Below are positions 25,156 to 35,755 of a stretch of DNA of 64,000 nt, piece after piece. Position 1 is the stretch's first letter. The number at the start of each line of letters is the position of its first letter. Source of the DNA: Paraspadella gotoi (Eukaryota > Animalia > Chaetognatha); contig CM119267.1 of the NCBI GenBank assembly GCA_051294375.1, forward strand, positions 14,625,694 through 14,689,693. The letters are read 5' to 3'. The notes beneath the pieces were generated by a model, which did not search any database, had not been told where the DNA came from, and saw nothing but the letters and a program-made list of their open reading frames with translations. Both the position numbers and the translations under genes were made by a program.

Positions 25156-25600
25156 CGGATTTTTTTATGAATTGGACGAATCTTGGTTAAAATGCCAAAA
25201 AAGCCAAAAATGAACCGAGTTCCGTTTCGGGTCACTTATTTTATAAAGTCTTTCTATTTTTTTCTTGTTGGTATTAAAGATCAGTCATTAAACGGAGTTT
25301 CAAAACAAATATTTAATGTTATACTTAAATAATATTGTTTTGATTATCAAATTCTAATTTTTTATGTATACACAAAATAACCAACCTCCACTCTTTTATT
25401 ATAGTAACTTTGAGGGCTAAATTTAATTACTCCAAAATTTTTTTTTAAATCTGGCCACGTCAATTTCATATACTGCTGTTGTTATTATGTTTTTATTATT
25501 ATATTATTATGTTATGCTGTTATTATCTAATAGGAGAGATGGTTGCCTTAAACAACCATAACCATTTCCAAAGTCTAGGGGCAAGATGGCTTATTTATTC

Positions 25601-26990
25601 CCATGTTGGAAAAAAATTGTCGCGTCAACTTTTTAGCTGTTTTTTGGTATTTTAATGTAAGAATTTAAATATTACGAAACTTCGGCCTTTTGTAATTCAT
25701 ATGAGCTGAGTCTCATTTATATAAAAATATAAGAGTATTATTCAAAAGAAATGATAGTCGGTTTTGAAGGTCTCAGTTTGCCATTTTCTATGATGTATAT
25801 AATAATGATAATATAACATATTTGTAATGAGTTTTCTTTATTTAGTGACTGTCTATTAAGAGGAGGTCAAATGTGAAACTTTTTTCAATGCAATTTTCCG
25901 ATTTTTTCTGATGATTAATAAGTACTTAAAATTAAAGCGAAAATAAATATGAGGCAATGAACATGTAGCATTTTTTCTCCTCTAAAAAGAAATAAAATTT
26001 AAGTAATTCAAATATCAAAATACCACTGACAGCTAAAAAATGTAAATCAAGGGTATTAAAAAAGTTGTTAAGCATTAGTCATATTATTGTTCAATGCACG
26101 AAAACAAAACCTGTACCAAGTTTTAAAGAATGAAAAATATAATATTTTATATTTAATAAAATATTTAAATTTTATATTAACTATTAATTTCTTAAATTAA
26201 AAAAATTTATAAAATCAATTGACATTATATTAAAAAATATGAAATCTATACCACATTGAAAAGCAGGCAAAATGCTACATTTTGCGTTTTATACCTTATA
26301 CTATGTCAAACATTAAAATGAAAGAAATCAAAAGTTGATCCACAAATTTGATGAGTTCATTGGGGCAAAAAAGTTAATACTAAAGACTTATTAGAATTAT
26401 GTAAAAATTTATCGATTTAAAAATATCTAGGGTGAAGGGACTCTGAGATATCGCCACAGGAAATGTTACAATTGAGAAAAATCATACTGTATTGTAAAGC
26501 ATCAGTGAAAGTTATAAATTTCTGGGTAACCTTTCTGTAAGCAAAATTAAAATTTTTATTTATTTTTGAAATATTATCGGTAGCAAGTATCAAACAAATT
26601 TAAAAAAAACAAATCACAGATATGGTAAAAGATGGCAGACAATGCATCATTATATTATGCAGCAATAAAAAGCTTAATATGCTTCAAAGGGGATCACTCT
26701 TTTTTCCAGCTGGCCTAAGATTATTTCTCACCCCAAATCTGATAAAATATATCACGTTAAAGATAAAATATTATTAATAATGTAAGTTATTTACTTTATC
26801 TAAAAAAAATAAAAAGTTAGATGAAACCTTTCCTGTACTCATTATATAATTTTATGTTGTTAAGAATAAATATTTTTATTCCGTTCTAAAGAGTTATTTT
26901 ATATTAAAACCTATTTATTTATAAAATTAAAAAACGTGATAATAAAAATACCTAATTTTTCCCAACCGCGATAATTTTTTTTCCATCACG
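25601..26990. mobile_element. degenerate TIR element; second copy inverted at ~57172-59226
   Basis: Ends CCATGTTGGAAAAAAATTGTCGCG / CGCGATAATTTTTTTTCCATCACG. The internal block CTGGGTAACCTTTCTGTAAGCAAAATT (~26522) matches the reverse complement at ~57961-57988, and 25601-25720 matches the reverse complement of 59100-59226. Confidence 0.65.
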
Positions 26991-27134
26991 ATAAATGAAT
27001 GGAATATTTTTATAATGATTGTACCAATTTTATGCGGGTGTTAGTTATTAAAATATTCAAACATTGACTTTTAACCGAACTGTAACAATGAACATTCCAC
27101 CTTTTTGGACACTGCCTTAGGCATGCTGGGTTGT

Positions 27135-27135
27135 A

Positions 27136-27177
<42 letters not shown>
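27135..27177. repeat. (ATT)n microsatellite
   Basis: About 14 ATT units. Confidence 0.95.
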
Positions 27178-27378
27178 TATAATTGAACCTTTTTACCGCA
27201 ACTAGCTTTAGTATGTAGTCTTTGACTATTCAACTCACTTTCACCAATCGATAAAGGTTTTTTTTTCCTGATGAATGATCATGTCCTAAATTTTAAACAG
27301 TTTAGCTAGCCAGAGACTTTAAAAACGAAGTCATTCAAACTAAATTTAAGCTAGCTACAGACACTTTTTCTTCGTGCG

Positions 27379-27798
27379 ATGACCGACCCCAATTCGCCCT
27401 TCACCCCGGCTTCGGCTTTATTATTTCGCTCGAGCCTGGCTTCCTTTAGCGCCGCAGTTCCCACTACGCCCATCATTGAACGCGCGCTTTTTCCTTGTTC
27501 CTCTTCTGCTTCCTCGTCGCCCGCGTTACTCGTCCCGTCCCCCGTTCTTCGCCGAGCGATTAAGTTGTCTTCTCCTTTTCCACTGGAATCACCGTCTTCG
27601 GCCTCTTTCGTTCGCTGCGTGCCCACTCTCGTTCGAAAAGAGCGAAATAAAAACGAAGACGAGGATGAAGACGACGATCAAGTGGTACCCGACTGCGGCG
27701 TCATCGCAGAGAACGTGGTGCGAACAACCACGGAGGTTAAGAATTGTCGCCCTAAGAGATCGCTTTCCCATTCTGTCAAAGTTTTAAGGAAAAAATAA
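27379..27798 (+). CDS. orphan Ser/Pro-rich ORF or exon (139 aa)
   Basis: GC-rich island with an upstream CAG acceptor-like site and an ATG. No recognisable domain. Confidence 0.35.
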   Translation: MTDPNSPFTPASALLFRSSLASFSAAVPTTPIIERALFPCSSSASSSPALLVPSPVLRRAIKLSSPFPLESPSSASFVRCVPTLVRKERNKNEDEDEDDDQVVPDCGVIAENVVRTTTEVKNCRPKRSLSHSVKVLRKK

Positions 27799-27958
27799 AC
27801 TGGCGTTTCAAATTTTGATTTTGATTTAAAAAATAAAACCCCGCACTGAGGTCACCGAGGCTTTATTTAACAGTTTTGTGTTTTTGTTATTTTTTTCCGT
27901 TCGATTATGATAGAGGTTTTTTCCAATCAATAAATTTTGAAATACTTCATTAATTCTC

Positions 27959-28948
27959 ATGGATGTCGACCCAAAATCGGATTCCTGGCCTGACGCCGTT
28001 CCATCCCTGCCCAAAACTGATACGATTCGTGTGAAAGAGGAAATCGGAGTTAATCGCTGTTTGGAATCAGTCGACGATAGAATCCGAGAAGTGCGAAGCA
28101 GAATCGAGGCCGATTTAAAGACGAGGAGCAGCGAGTCGCGGAATTTCGGACACTTCAACGAATCTCCCTTTGATTATTCGAGAGAAAACTCCGGCGCGCA
28201 CTCCCTTCAATACCCAGAGGTTCTTTTAGATCCTGCTGGCCGTAGAGTTGTCGAGGTGCCTTCTTTCTCCAGTCTTACAGAGTACCATCAGGTTCCCTTC
28301 GAGAACGTTCCTCGATGGCGCCGGCGTCCTCCTTTGGTCCGCTACATTCCCAGCGGCTACGACGAGATCAACCGTCAATCCTTGTCCTCTGCCAACGACT
28401 TTTCCTCCGAATTGATGGGTTACGTCAGAATGAGGAAGGAGATGCTTAAAATGGACCTCCGCGAGAAACTTCGCAAACGCAAAGAAACAATGGCGGCGGC
28501 GACGGCGGCGGCTGCAGCGGCCTCGTTGGCAGCCCTTCGCACTCATAGATCAAGGGCTTTGCGCCCCGACGAAAGAGTGAAAAACTCAAGACGACCGGCC
28601 TATAGACGTAAATTCGTTCGGCGGGAAGACGGGGTCAGCTCCGATAATCATTGGAAACGTGAAGCGAGTCGAAGCAGCAGTAGCAGCAGTTCAACGTCCT
28701 CCTCATCTTCCTCCGAAGGAGATGAGAAGGAAATGTCGTCAAAGGGGTCGAACCGTGCCGGAGATTTTATCGAGGAAGAAGGCCGTCTAAGGACCGGGAC
28801 ATCCAGGCAGATGGGAGCAAGGGGACGATCCCCATCTCATTTGCCGCCCAAGTCTTATTATGAAAGGAGATTGTGGGGACAAAGTCCCCCGAGGCAAAAT
28901 TATTCAAGAATTGAAAGCATTGATTCCGGATGTCGTAGAAGCTCGTGA
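27959..28948 (+). CDS. orphan 329-aa protein (Arg/Ser-rich, poly-Ala)
   Basis: Long GC-rich ORF in an AT-rich background. No recognisable domain. Confidence 0.55.
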   Translation: MDVDPKSDSWPDAVPSLPKTDTIRVKEEIGVNRCLESVDDRIREVRSRIEADLKTRSSESRNFGHFNESPFDYSRENSGAHSLQYPEVLLDPAGRRVVEVPSFSSLTEYHQVPFENVPRWRRRPPLVRYIPSGYDEINRQSLSSANDFSSELMGYVRMRKEMLKMDLREKLRKRKETMAAATAAAAAASLAALRTHRSRALRPDERVKNSRRPAYRRKFVRREDGVSSDNHWKREASRSSSSSSSTSSSSSSEGDEKEMSSKGSNRAGDFIEEEGRLRTGTSRQMGARGRSPSHLPPKSYYERRLWGQSPPRQNYSRIESIDSGCRRSS

Positions 28949-29929
28949 GTAACCAAGGAATGATCAATGAAGAGTAGTTAACGGTTGATGTTATCCTATC
29001 GACTTTCATGTTTGAATGTTCTGCGTTTCGGAATCCGTTTAAAGCTTAAAATCACGCGCCGGCGGAGACGCAAAAAATGTAGATGTAATTAACTAGAGTC
29101 GGCGTGTTTGAGATCTTCTCATTTGACTTGGACCCCGATCGTAAATTACAATGTAGTTATTTTTTTATTTCGAAAATTAAGATAGTAACTGTGATGAACT
29201 GTTTTTCACTTTTAAATCATTCTTAGATGTTAGAAATACGCTTTGAAAACCTAATTCCTAATTAGGTTTAAATTAACGAGTTGTTATTTTTACATAAAAA
29301 TAGTCCTTTAAAACCTAAATTTTATTTTAGAGTATTACCGGAAATATAATTTTTCGTTGAATTTCGATTTTAGATATGGGTTATATGTTGATTTTTTTTA
29401 AAATTTTAATACATTTTTTACACAAAATATTTTTTTTTATATGCAAACAGATTTTTTATGTTCTACTTTTCTGCTGTTAGTATATAAATATCAGTATATT
29501 ACAATAATATAATAATTGTTGCAAAAGTGACAACTCTTTCGAAAATCCGGAGTCTTCTACCGTATTTGCCCGTTTTGAATCGCATTTTCGAAATGGAAAT
29601 TTGAAAGCACGCTAACGAGAACGAATCGTCGAATCATTTCTCGAAGGACTGCGTAATTTTTTCAGCGATTTTGCTTAGGTAGGATGTTATCCAGACGACG
29701 AACTTGGAGACAGAATTTTAAGAACACCTCGACGAGACGTCACCACTGGGCGGATTTTAGTTGACAACGTTTATTAAATATATTTAAAAGTCGTAATTGT
29801 TTATGCTCGTTATCATATGAAATTGGTACAACCAATATATATGTTATCTATTAAAATTATAACTTTTTTATGATTTTTTTTTGAGCAATGAAGAAATTTT
29901 AATAAGGAAAACTTTTGGACGCTAAAGAA

Positions 29930-32851
29930 ATGGAGGGAGGAGATCTTAGCGAAGTGGGTTATCCTCCTCGCCCGTTGCCATTCCTCGTGAAGACTGACGA
30001 CATCAACGCTGTCCGTGGCGGCGAAGTCTGGCGATCGGGGAAGATACACCGGCTGGAAGAGTACGTCGCCAGCATCGTTGAGCTGACTCTCTTTAAGTGG
30101 GATGTTCTTTACAGACTCAGCGAAGGCTCGGAAGAGGCTGGAGCCGCCGACGCCTCCGGCGAGATGGGCGGAGGCGAAGCCGTGGGAAGCGTACCCTTGG
30201 AGCGCGAACCCCCTTCAGAGCCACCCGACATCGTCGGTAGCACAGAAAACGCGGAAAGCAGCTTGGCCGCCTTCGTCGACCCTACGCGGAAACTCATCAA
30301 ACTGATTCAACTTCAACTTGAATGCTCAAAGCTGCAGAGTACGTTGTTCAGCATGGGCGAGAGTGACAACGCGGATCGATTGGGCCTAGGCGGTAGTAAC
30401 GGAGGACGGAGAGAACCCCTGTTGGCAGTCATGTGTGGAAACGGTTACGATCGGGCGGCCCAAGCGTTTCTTGAAGCCGCCGCTGCTCTGGAAGTGGCAA
30501 TTCACAACGAAGGAGTTCAAAATGGCAATTCTGATTTGATCGAAGCTTGGAAATCTGATTCCCGTTTAGCCGAGTTCTCACCGGAGAGACCAATCCCAGG
30601 CAACTTGCTGAAATCTCTGCTGGAGCACCCGACGCACCCTCGGAGCCATCGCCCGTTGCATATCGCTGCCCTGCATGGCAAGAAAGATTTTTGCCGTCTT
30701 TTGCTGCACTATGGCGCCGACATCGACGGTCAAGACAAAAAGGGTCGCACCGCGCTGTTTTGGGCCTTAAAGACGCATAACGCCGACATGGCAATCATGT
30801 TGTTGCAGCAGGGCGCCACCGTCACGGATAGAGAGTTTGCAATGGCCCTGGAACATCTCTACAGCGACGTCGTTGAGCTTATGCTTCAGCGAAACTCAGG
30901 TTGCTCTGGTCCGAATATGATCCGAAGGTCCAAGCGAAAAGGAAGAACCTTAAACAGTTTCGCTGACATCATCTCGTCGCCCATGAAGATCGTAGTGGAG
31001 GTGAAGCAAATTGCCCCCAGGTTAAGGGACGATGTCAGATTGGGAGACTCTTCCGACGACTCTATTCACGTCGCCCTTGGTCGTATCTTCGAGGAGGATG
31101 AAGAGGAAGTTGCAGTGGCTCCTCCCCCGCGAAGCGTGTCTCCGGAAGACGAGGAACAAGACATCCTGGATCTGTTCGAGCAGGACGCCAATCGACGAGG
31201 TTTTAAACCCAAGACTGAAGTCATATCCTTGCTTCTTAACGCCGACGCCGATATCAACGTGCGAGACACCCGACTTTCGCCGCTTTTGGCCGCCGCCAAG
31301 TCCGGCGACGAACCTCTGTTGGATTGGTTCCATCGCCGTGGCGGTGATCTCCTCTTAACCTTCGAAAACGCACATTTCGACAGCTACTTGGGAAACATTG
31401 CAAGCGACGCAAATCTTCTCCACTATGCCTCCTATCGCGTTATTCCTTACCTGATCTCAAAGGGCGTGGATTCGGAGCACCCCGACGCCGAAGGTCGAAC
31501 TCCATTTTACGTCAAAGCCAAGGTGGGCTGCGTCCTTTCCATGAAGGCACTTCTTCGTCATAACCGTTTCATCGACGTCAACGCCCGGACCAAAGCGGGA
31601 AAGTCACCGTTTTTGGCGCTGCTAGTCAAAATGTCGGCGCCGCGCATGATGGATTTCGTTATGAGCGAAGACTTCGATCCGCAGCGGACGGTTGACTCGG
31701 ACGGATGGACGGTCCTTTTCTATGCCGCGGTGTTGGGCAGCGTCGAAATCTGTCGTTCTCTTTTGATCAAAGGGGCGCGATCCGACTCGAAAGACGTCTT
31801 CGGAAACTATCCATTCGTGTACGCGTTGGTAGCGCACAACTTTTACTGCGCCTCGCTGCTCGCGAAGCAGGTGCATCAGGGCTTCCCGCGACGCTGGGTT
31901 TCCGACTTTTCCTCCGTTGACAACATCTCCGTCGTCACGCGCAAAGTCAAAAACGTTTTCAACGGAATCTACAAAAATCTCTACGAATCGGTCGACGGCG
32001 CAACCGACGAGGAGCCGTATTTAACGGTAGCCGGTCAGCCAATGCTCCACCTGACCCTTACCCACGGCTTCCTTCACGCTCTGGAGGATCCTTTAAATAC
32101 TTTAGTCGGACGCCCAGTAACCATGTCTCGGGCTAAAGTCGTCACAAAACTGGTTCGAACCCTTCTGCAGATGGGATTCGATCCTAACGTTCGGTCGTTA
32201 CGGAACGAGACGGCGCTGAGTTTGATTCTGGGCATACGGCGTTGGCATCATGGACTCGACATCCCTTCCGTAACTCTTCTCCTCCTTCGTTACGGCGCCG
32301 AAGCTACAGTACTCGATGGGCGTGGCCGGAACTTAATCGATTTATCCCTACGGTCGGAGAGTATAGAGACCGCCACCTACGTTTTTCTCGCCGGAGCCGC
32401 GCTGAAACCGCGGCATCGAGAAAGGTTGCGCGAGTTAAATCAAACTCATAATCCCCACTACAGGCGTAGTCGCAGCGACAAACCCGATTGTCCATACGCT
32501 TCTTATCAGCCCTGCATGATATGCCTCCTCTCGGCCCCGCTCAGCCTCAAATCCACCGCACGCATCGTCATTCGGAGAAACGCAGGCTCCTCACTCGCCA
32601 ATACGCGGGCGTTTAAGCGATTGAAGTTGCCGCGTCAGTTGCTGCGTTATTTGTATCTGGACGACATGAGAGGTTCGACCGCGAGCGACGATGAGGATCT
32701 TGGCGCTGATTGGCTCGACGACGACGACGATGACGTCGACAATAGGAACGACGATCGAAAATGCGTTACTGCCGACCAGAAAGACGTCGAGTCGTTGCCT
32801 TCCGGTCGGAACGACGACGCCTTTAGCCAGTTTCTTGCAAGCGACTTTTAG
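29930..32851 (+). CDS. ankyrin-repeat and SOCS-box protein (ASB-like)
   Basis: Ankyrin repeats (PLHIAALHGK...GADIDGQDKKGRTALFWA) and a C-terminal SOCS box PLSLKSTARIVIRR...LKLPRQLLRYL. The start is uncertain and an upstream exon is possible. Confidence 0.85.
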   Translation: MEGGDLSEVGYPPRPLPFLVKTDDINAVRGGEVWRSGKIHRLEEYVASIVELTLFKWDVLYRLSEGSEEAGAADASGEMGGGEAVGSVPLEREPPSEPPDIVGSTENAESSLAAFVDPTRKLIKLIQLQLECSKLQSTLFSMGESDNADRLGLGGSNGGRREPLLAVMCGNGYDRAAQAFLEAAAALEVAIHNEGVQNGNSDLIEAWKSDSRLAEFSPERPIPGNLLKSLLEHPTHPRSHRPLHIAALHGKKDFCRLLLHYGADIDGQDKKGRTALFWALKTHNADMAIMLLQQGATVTDREFAMALEHLYSDVVELMLQRNSGCSGPNMIRRSKRKGRTLNSFADIISSPMKIVVEVKQIAPRLRDDVRLGDSSDDSIHVALGRIFEEDEEEVAVAPPPRSVSPEDEEQDILDLFEQDANRRGFKPKTEVISLLLNADADINVRDTRLSPLLAAAKSGDEPLLDWFHRRGGDLLLTFENAHFDSYLGNIASDANLLHYASYRVIPYLISKGVDSEHPDAEGRTPFYVKAKVGCVLSMKALLRHNRFIDVNARTKAGKSPFLALLVKMSAPRMMDFVMSEDFDPQRTVDSDGWTVLFYAAVLGSVEICRSLLIKGARSDSKDVFGNYPFVYALVAHNFYCASLLAKQVHQGFPRRWVSDFSSVDNISVVTRKVKNVFNGIYKNLYESVDGATDEEPYLTVAGQPMLHLTLTHGFLHALEDPLNTLVGRPVTMSRAKVVTKLVRTLLQMGFDPNVRSLRNETALSLILGIRRWHHGLDIPSVTLLLLRYGAEATVLDGRGRNLIDLSLRSESIETATYVFLAGAALKPRHRERLRELNQTHNPHYRRSRSDKPDCPYASYQPCMICLLSAPLSLKSTARIVIRRNAGSSLANTRAFKRLKLPRQLLRYLYLDDMRGSTASDDEDLGADWLDDDDDDVDNRNDDRKCVTADQKDVESLPSGRNDDAFSQFLASDF

Positions 32852-33017
32852 TCAATTCTAATATATTTCGTAGTTGTTTTAAACTACTAGGTTTTTTTAG
32901 TTTTTTTTTCTTTCTAATTTTCACCTATTGGCTTGTCCTTTAGCTGTATATTTAGTACGTAGTTTGTTTCCCTCACTTTTGGTTTTAGATTGTATTGTTC
33001 TTTTTACTTTCTACACT

Positions 33018-34196
33018 ATGGATTGCGAACTTCCTCCTGTGGCGCGTCGAAACACGTCAGTCAATTCTCCCCAAGACAGGCACAAGGCGATGCATTTCAG
33101 AACTTCGCCCTCCCCTATGGCATGGAAGGCCACTTACAGGCAAAAATGCATACAGAGACTTAGGAGCGGCAGGGAGAAACTTCTCGATCGATTCCGGAAC
33201 ATCAACGTGAAAATCGCCAACGAAAATATTGAAGAATCCATGGAAACGGAGAACGGGTAAGGCAGTGATTTTGATCGAGGAATTCAGAAAAAAAAACCAC
33301 TTTTTGCAATATTGCTAGAATATTATCTTCAAAATTGATTAATTTTGAATCCTAAGACAAAGTGAGCTCGATTACGGATTAATTGAAATCATCTGCTGCA
33401 TTTTCTAATCAAGAATAAATATCATTTTTGCTACTTTTAATAAAAAAAATTATGTCCATTTTTGTCCATTTTCACTTTTGTCTTGAGATTTGAATGCCAA
33501 GATCATTGAAGAAAATTTTTTTACTCCGGCTTTCGGGTCCTTCTTATCTTCTTTACCTCTGAGTTGGTTCATTTTCAGTTGGTCATTTATTGTTTACCTA
33601 TGAATTAATTTTTAAATTGACTGGTCAAAAACTTACATTTTTACATTTTATTACAATTTGTTAAACAAAAATACTTCAAAATGTTCACAATTCTAATAAA
33701 ATATTCCCTATGAACGGTGCTTCTGGTACCTAAAAAATTAGAGCAAAATATTTAATACTTTTGCTGCAAAAAAATTTTTAAGTCAACTTTTAATTTGTGA
33801 GGATTTGTGAGGTCGTTTTATTTGAACTAAAACACGGTTTTTAACTCATTTTATAGTTTTAACAGATGATAAACATACTAAGGTTGACAAATTAAAAAAA
33901 ACCGCCTTCTTTTATTGAAAGGGGAAGCGTCAGCAAATTAATTTCTCTCAATCGACAGCTTTTTGCGGAAAAAATTTCCGCAAAAATCTGTCGATTTTTT
34001 AAATCTGCTTGGCAACCAAACTTTGAATAAAATCATACGCTACCGAAGTTTTCGCGAAATAAAATTAAGAGAGAAAAAGTTTATTTTTGTTTACAAACAA
34101 CGACTTTTTTTTTTGAAACGGACATGTTTCGATTCTTTTTAGAGTCTTCTTCAGCACAGTGTGAATTTTATAAGAAATTTTGTCAAACATTATGAT

Positions 34197-34233
<37 letters not shown>

Positions 34234-35480
34234 CCACCAAAGAATTGAGTAATGGATAGTATTGAAGGTGAGGACAGCTGAAGGACAGAAGTTACTGACT
34301 ATGTCGAAATAAAATAAAATTTAACGCTTATTATGGGGGCGTGAAGCATCAAAATACTTAACACAGAGAGAAAGAGAAAAAGAGAGAGTCAGAGCAAAAG
34401 TTCGAAAAAGAAAGAAATTAAGAAAAGAAATGAAAAACAAGAAAAAAGTTTCATAACATAGTGTGCCGATTTTTTGCCTAAGTAGTAGTATATCTAAAAA
34501 ACGCAACAGTTCTTACGAGCAATTTTATCTTTAAAAGTTGTTCTTACCATGAAAAATCGTTTTTAGTTTCTTCTTAATTAAGGCTGATACCGTAATTGGA
34601 ATGATTGACGTGAAAGAAATAATGTCTTACCGTATTTTGAAAGCATAGAAATTTACCCAGTGAGTTTTATGTTATAAGGAAAAGATAACTAATGCCAACC
34701 GTTTTTTTAAATAAAGAGTGTTTCATATTTATCAGTGGGAAAAAAGAATTAATAGTTATTTAAGTTCCAATTTCATTATTGAAAATACCCAAAGCAAAAT
34801 CACTGCCGTAAGGATCGATGAAAGTACACATTTTAAATCCAAGGCGGTTCACAAAACCTTTCTTGGCTCAGGGAAGACGAGACTCGAAACCTTCGTGATC
34901 TTATGCGCGAAGAGTGGGATTTACTCATGAAAACTCGATCTCGGACGGAAAGTTGGGATTTCGACGAGCAAGAGATGATGAAAATGATGGAGGAAGTGGA
35001 GGCAGAATTAATGGTGATTTTCGTAGTTTTAATTTAAGTTTAAATTTCGATCTCCTTTAAATGATAACAATTCTTCAGTCGGAGAAAGCGCTTATTTTCG
35101 ACGAATACGAGAAGAGTCGAGCTTTGGAAGAGGCTGAACTTTGCGCCATCGTAGACGATTATCTGACTACCTCCGACGACGACGTTATCTGCCCAGTTTG
35201 CATGAGAGAGAAACTCTTCAAGCCTGCGCACAACTTGATCGCCTGCCCTTGTTGCGGGACTCGCCTCGACTTCGATGCCGACGTAGTCTCGATGAGAGAA
35301 CTAAAGTCACGCCTGCAACTCGCCGTGGAGCGCCACGCCATCCAAGATTCGACTTTTTCAAACAATAGTATCGTTTGTCAATCCGCGCCTGTGTTTACGG
35401 TTGTGACCGAACCCACCATGCGCTGTCAAAATTTGGCAATGATATGCGCGGATTGCGATCATTTCGAAATCGTCGTTTAG
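33018..35480 (+). CDS. RPAIN: RPA-interacting protein; exons 33018-33256, 34872-35013, 35079-35480
   Basis: WKATYRQKCIQRLRSGREKLLDRFR, middle LMREEW...MEEVEAEL, C-terminal Zn ligands VICPVC...CPCCG...CADCD. Confidence 0.88.
34116..34159 (-). ncRNA. minimal type I hammerhead ribozyme motif (Penelope-type)
   Basis: Minus strand reads CTGTG-CTGAAGA-A-GACTCT-AAAA-AGAATC-GAAA-CATGTC-CGTTT: CUGANGA core, stem II, GAAA, palindromic ACAUGU stem III and GUC cleavage triplet. Stem I is weak. Confidence 0.65.
34199..34228. repeat. (AG)n microsatellite
   Basis: About 15 AG units in RPAIN intron 1. Confidence 0.95.
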
Positions 35481-35755
35481 TTTTATATATATATATTTCA
35501 ATCACTGCCTAAAATTATTTCCGCTATACAGCTCAATTCTGATATTGTTGTCTGTTTTAAATAATTTGACCCACTTTTTTATAATTAATTATGCTGCCTT
35601 TTTTGGAAGATTTGTCTTCTCGTTTTCTCAAAATTATTTTTAAATAAAAATATATTTACATTATTTCATTGATAAATATTTTTTTTAAAACGCTGCACGT
35701 CTGTTTATCAAATTGATTATATTTGTAACTTCATCCTATGGAAGTTAGTTGTAAA

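Noticed and set aside
27938-27940. TGA in frame and upstream of the 27959 ORF as a possible second Sec codon
   Set aside because: AT-rich intron-like context, no redox motif and no SECIS recognised downstream.
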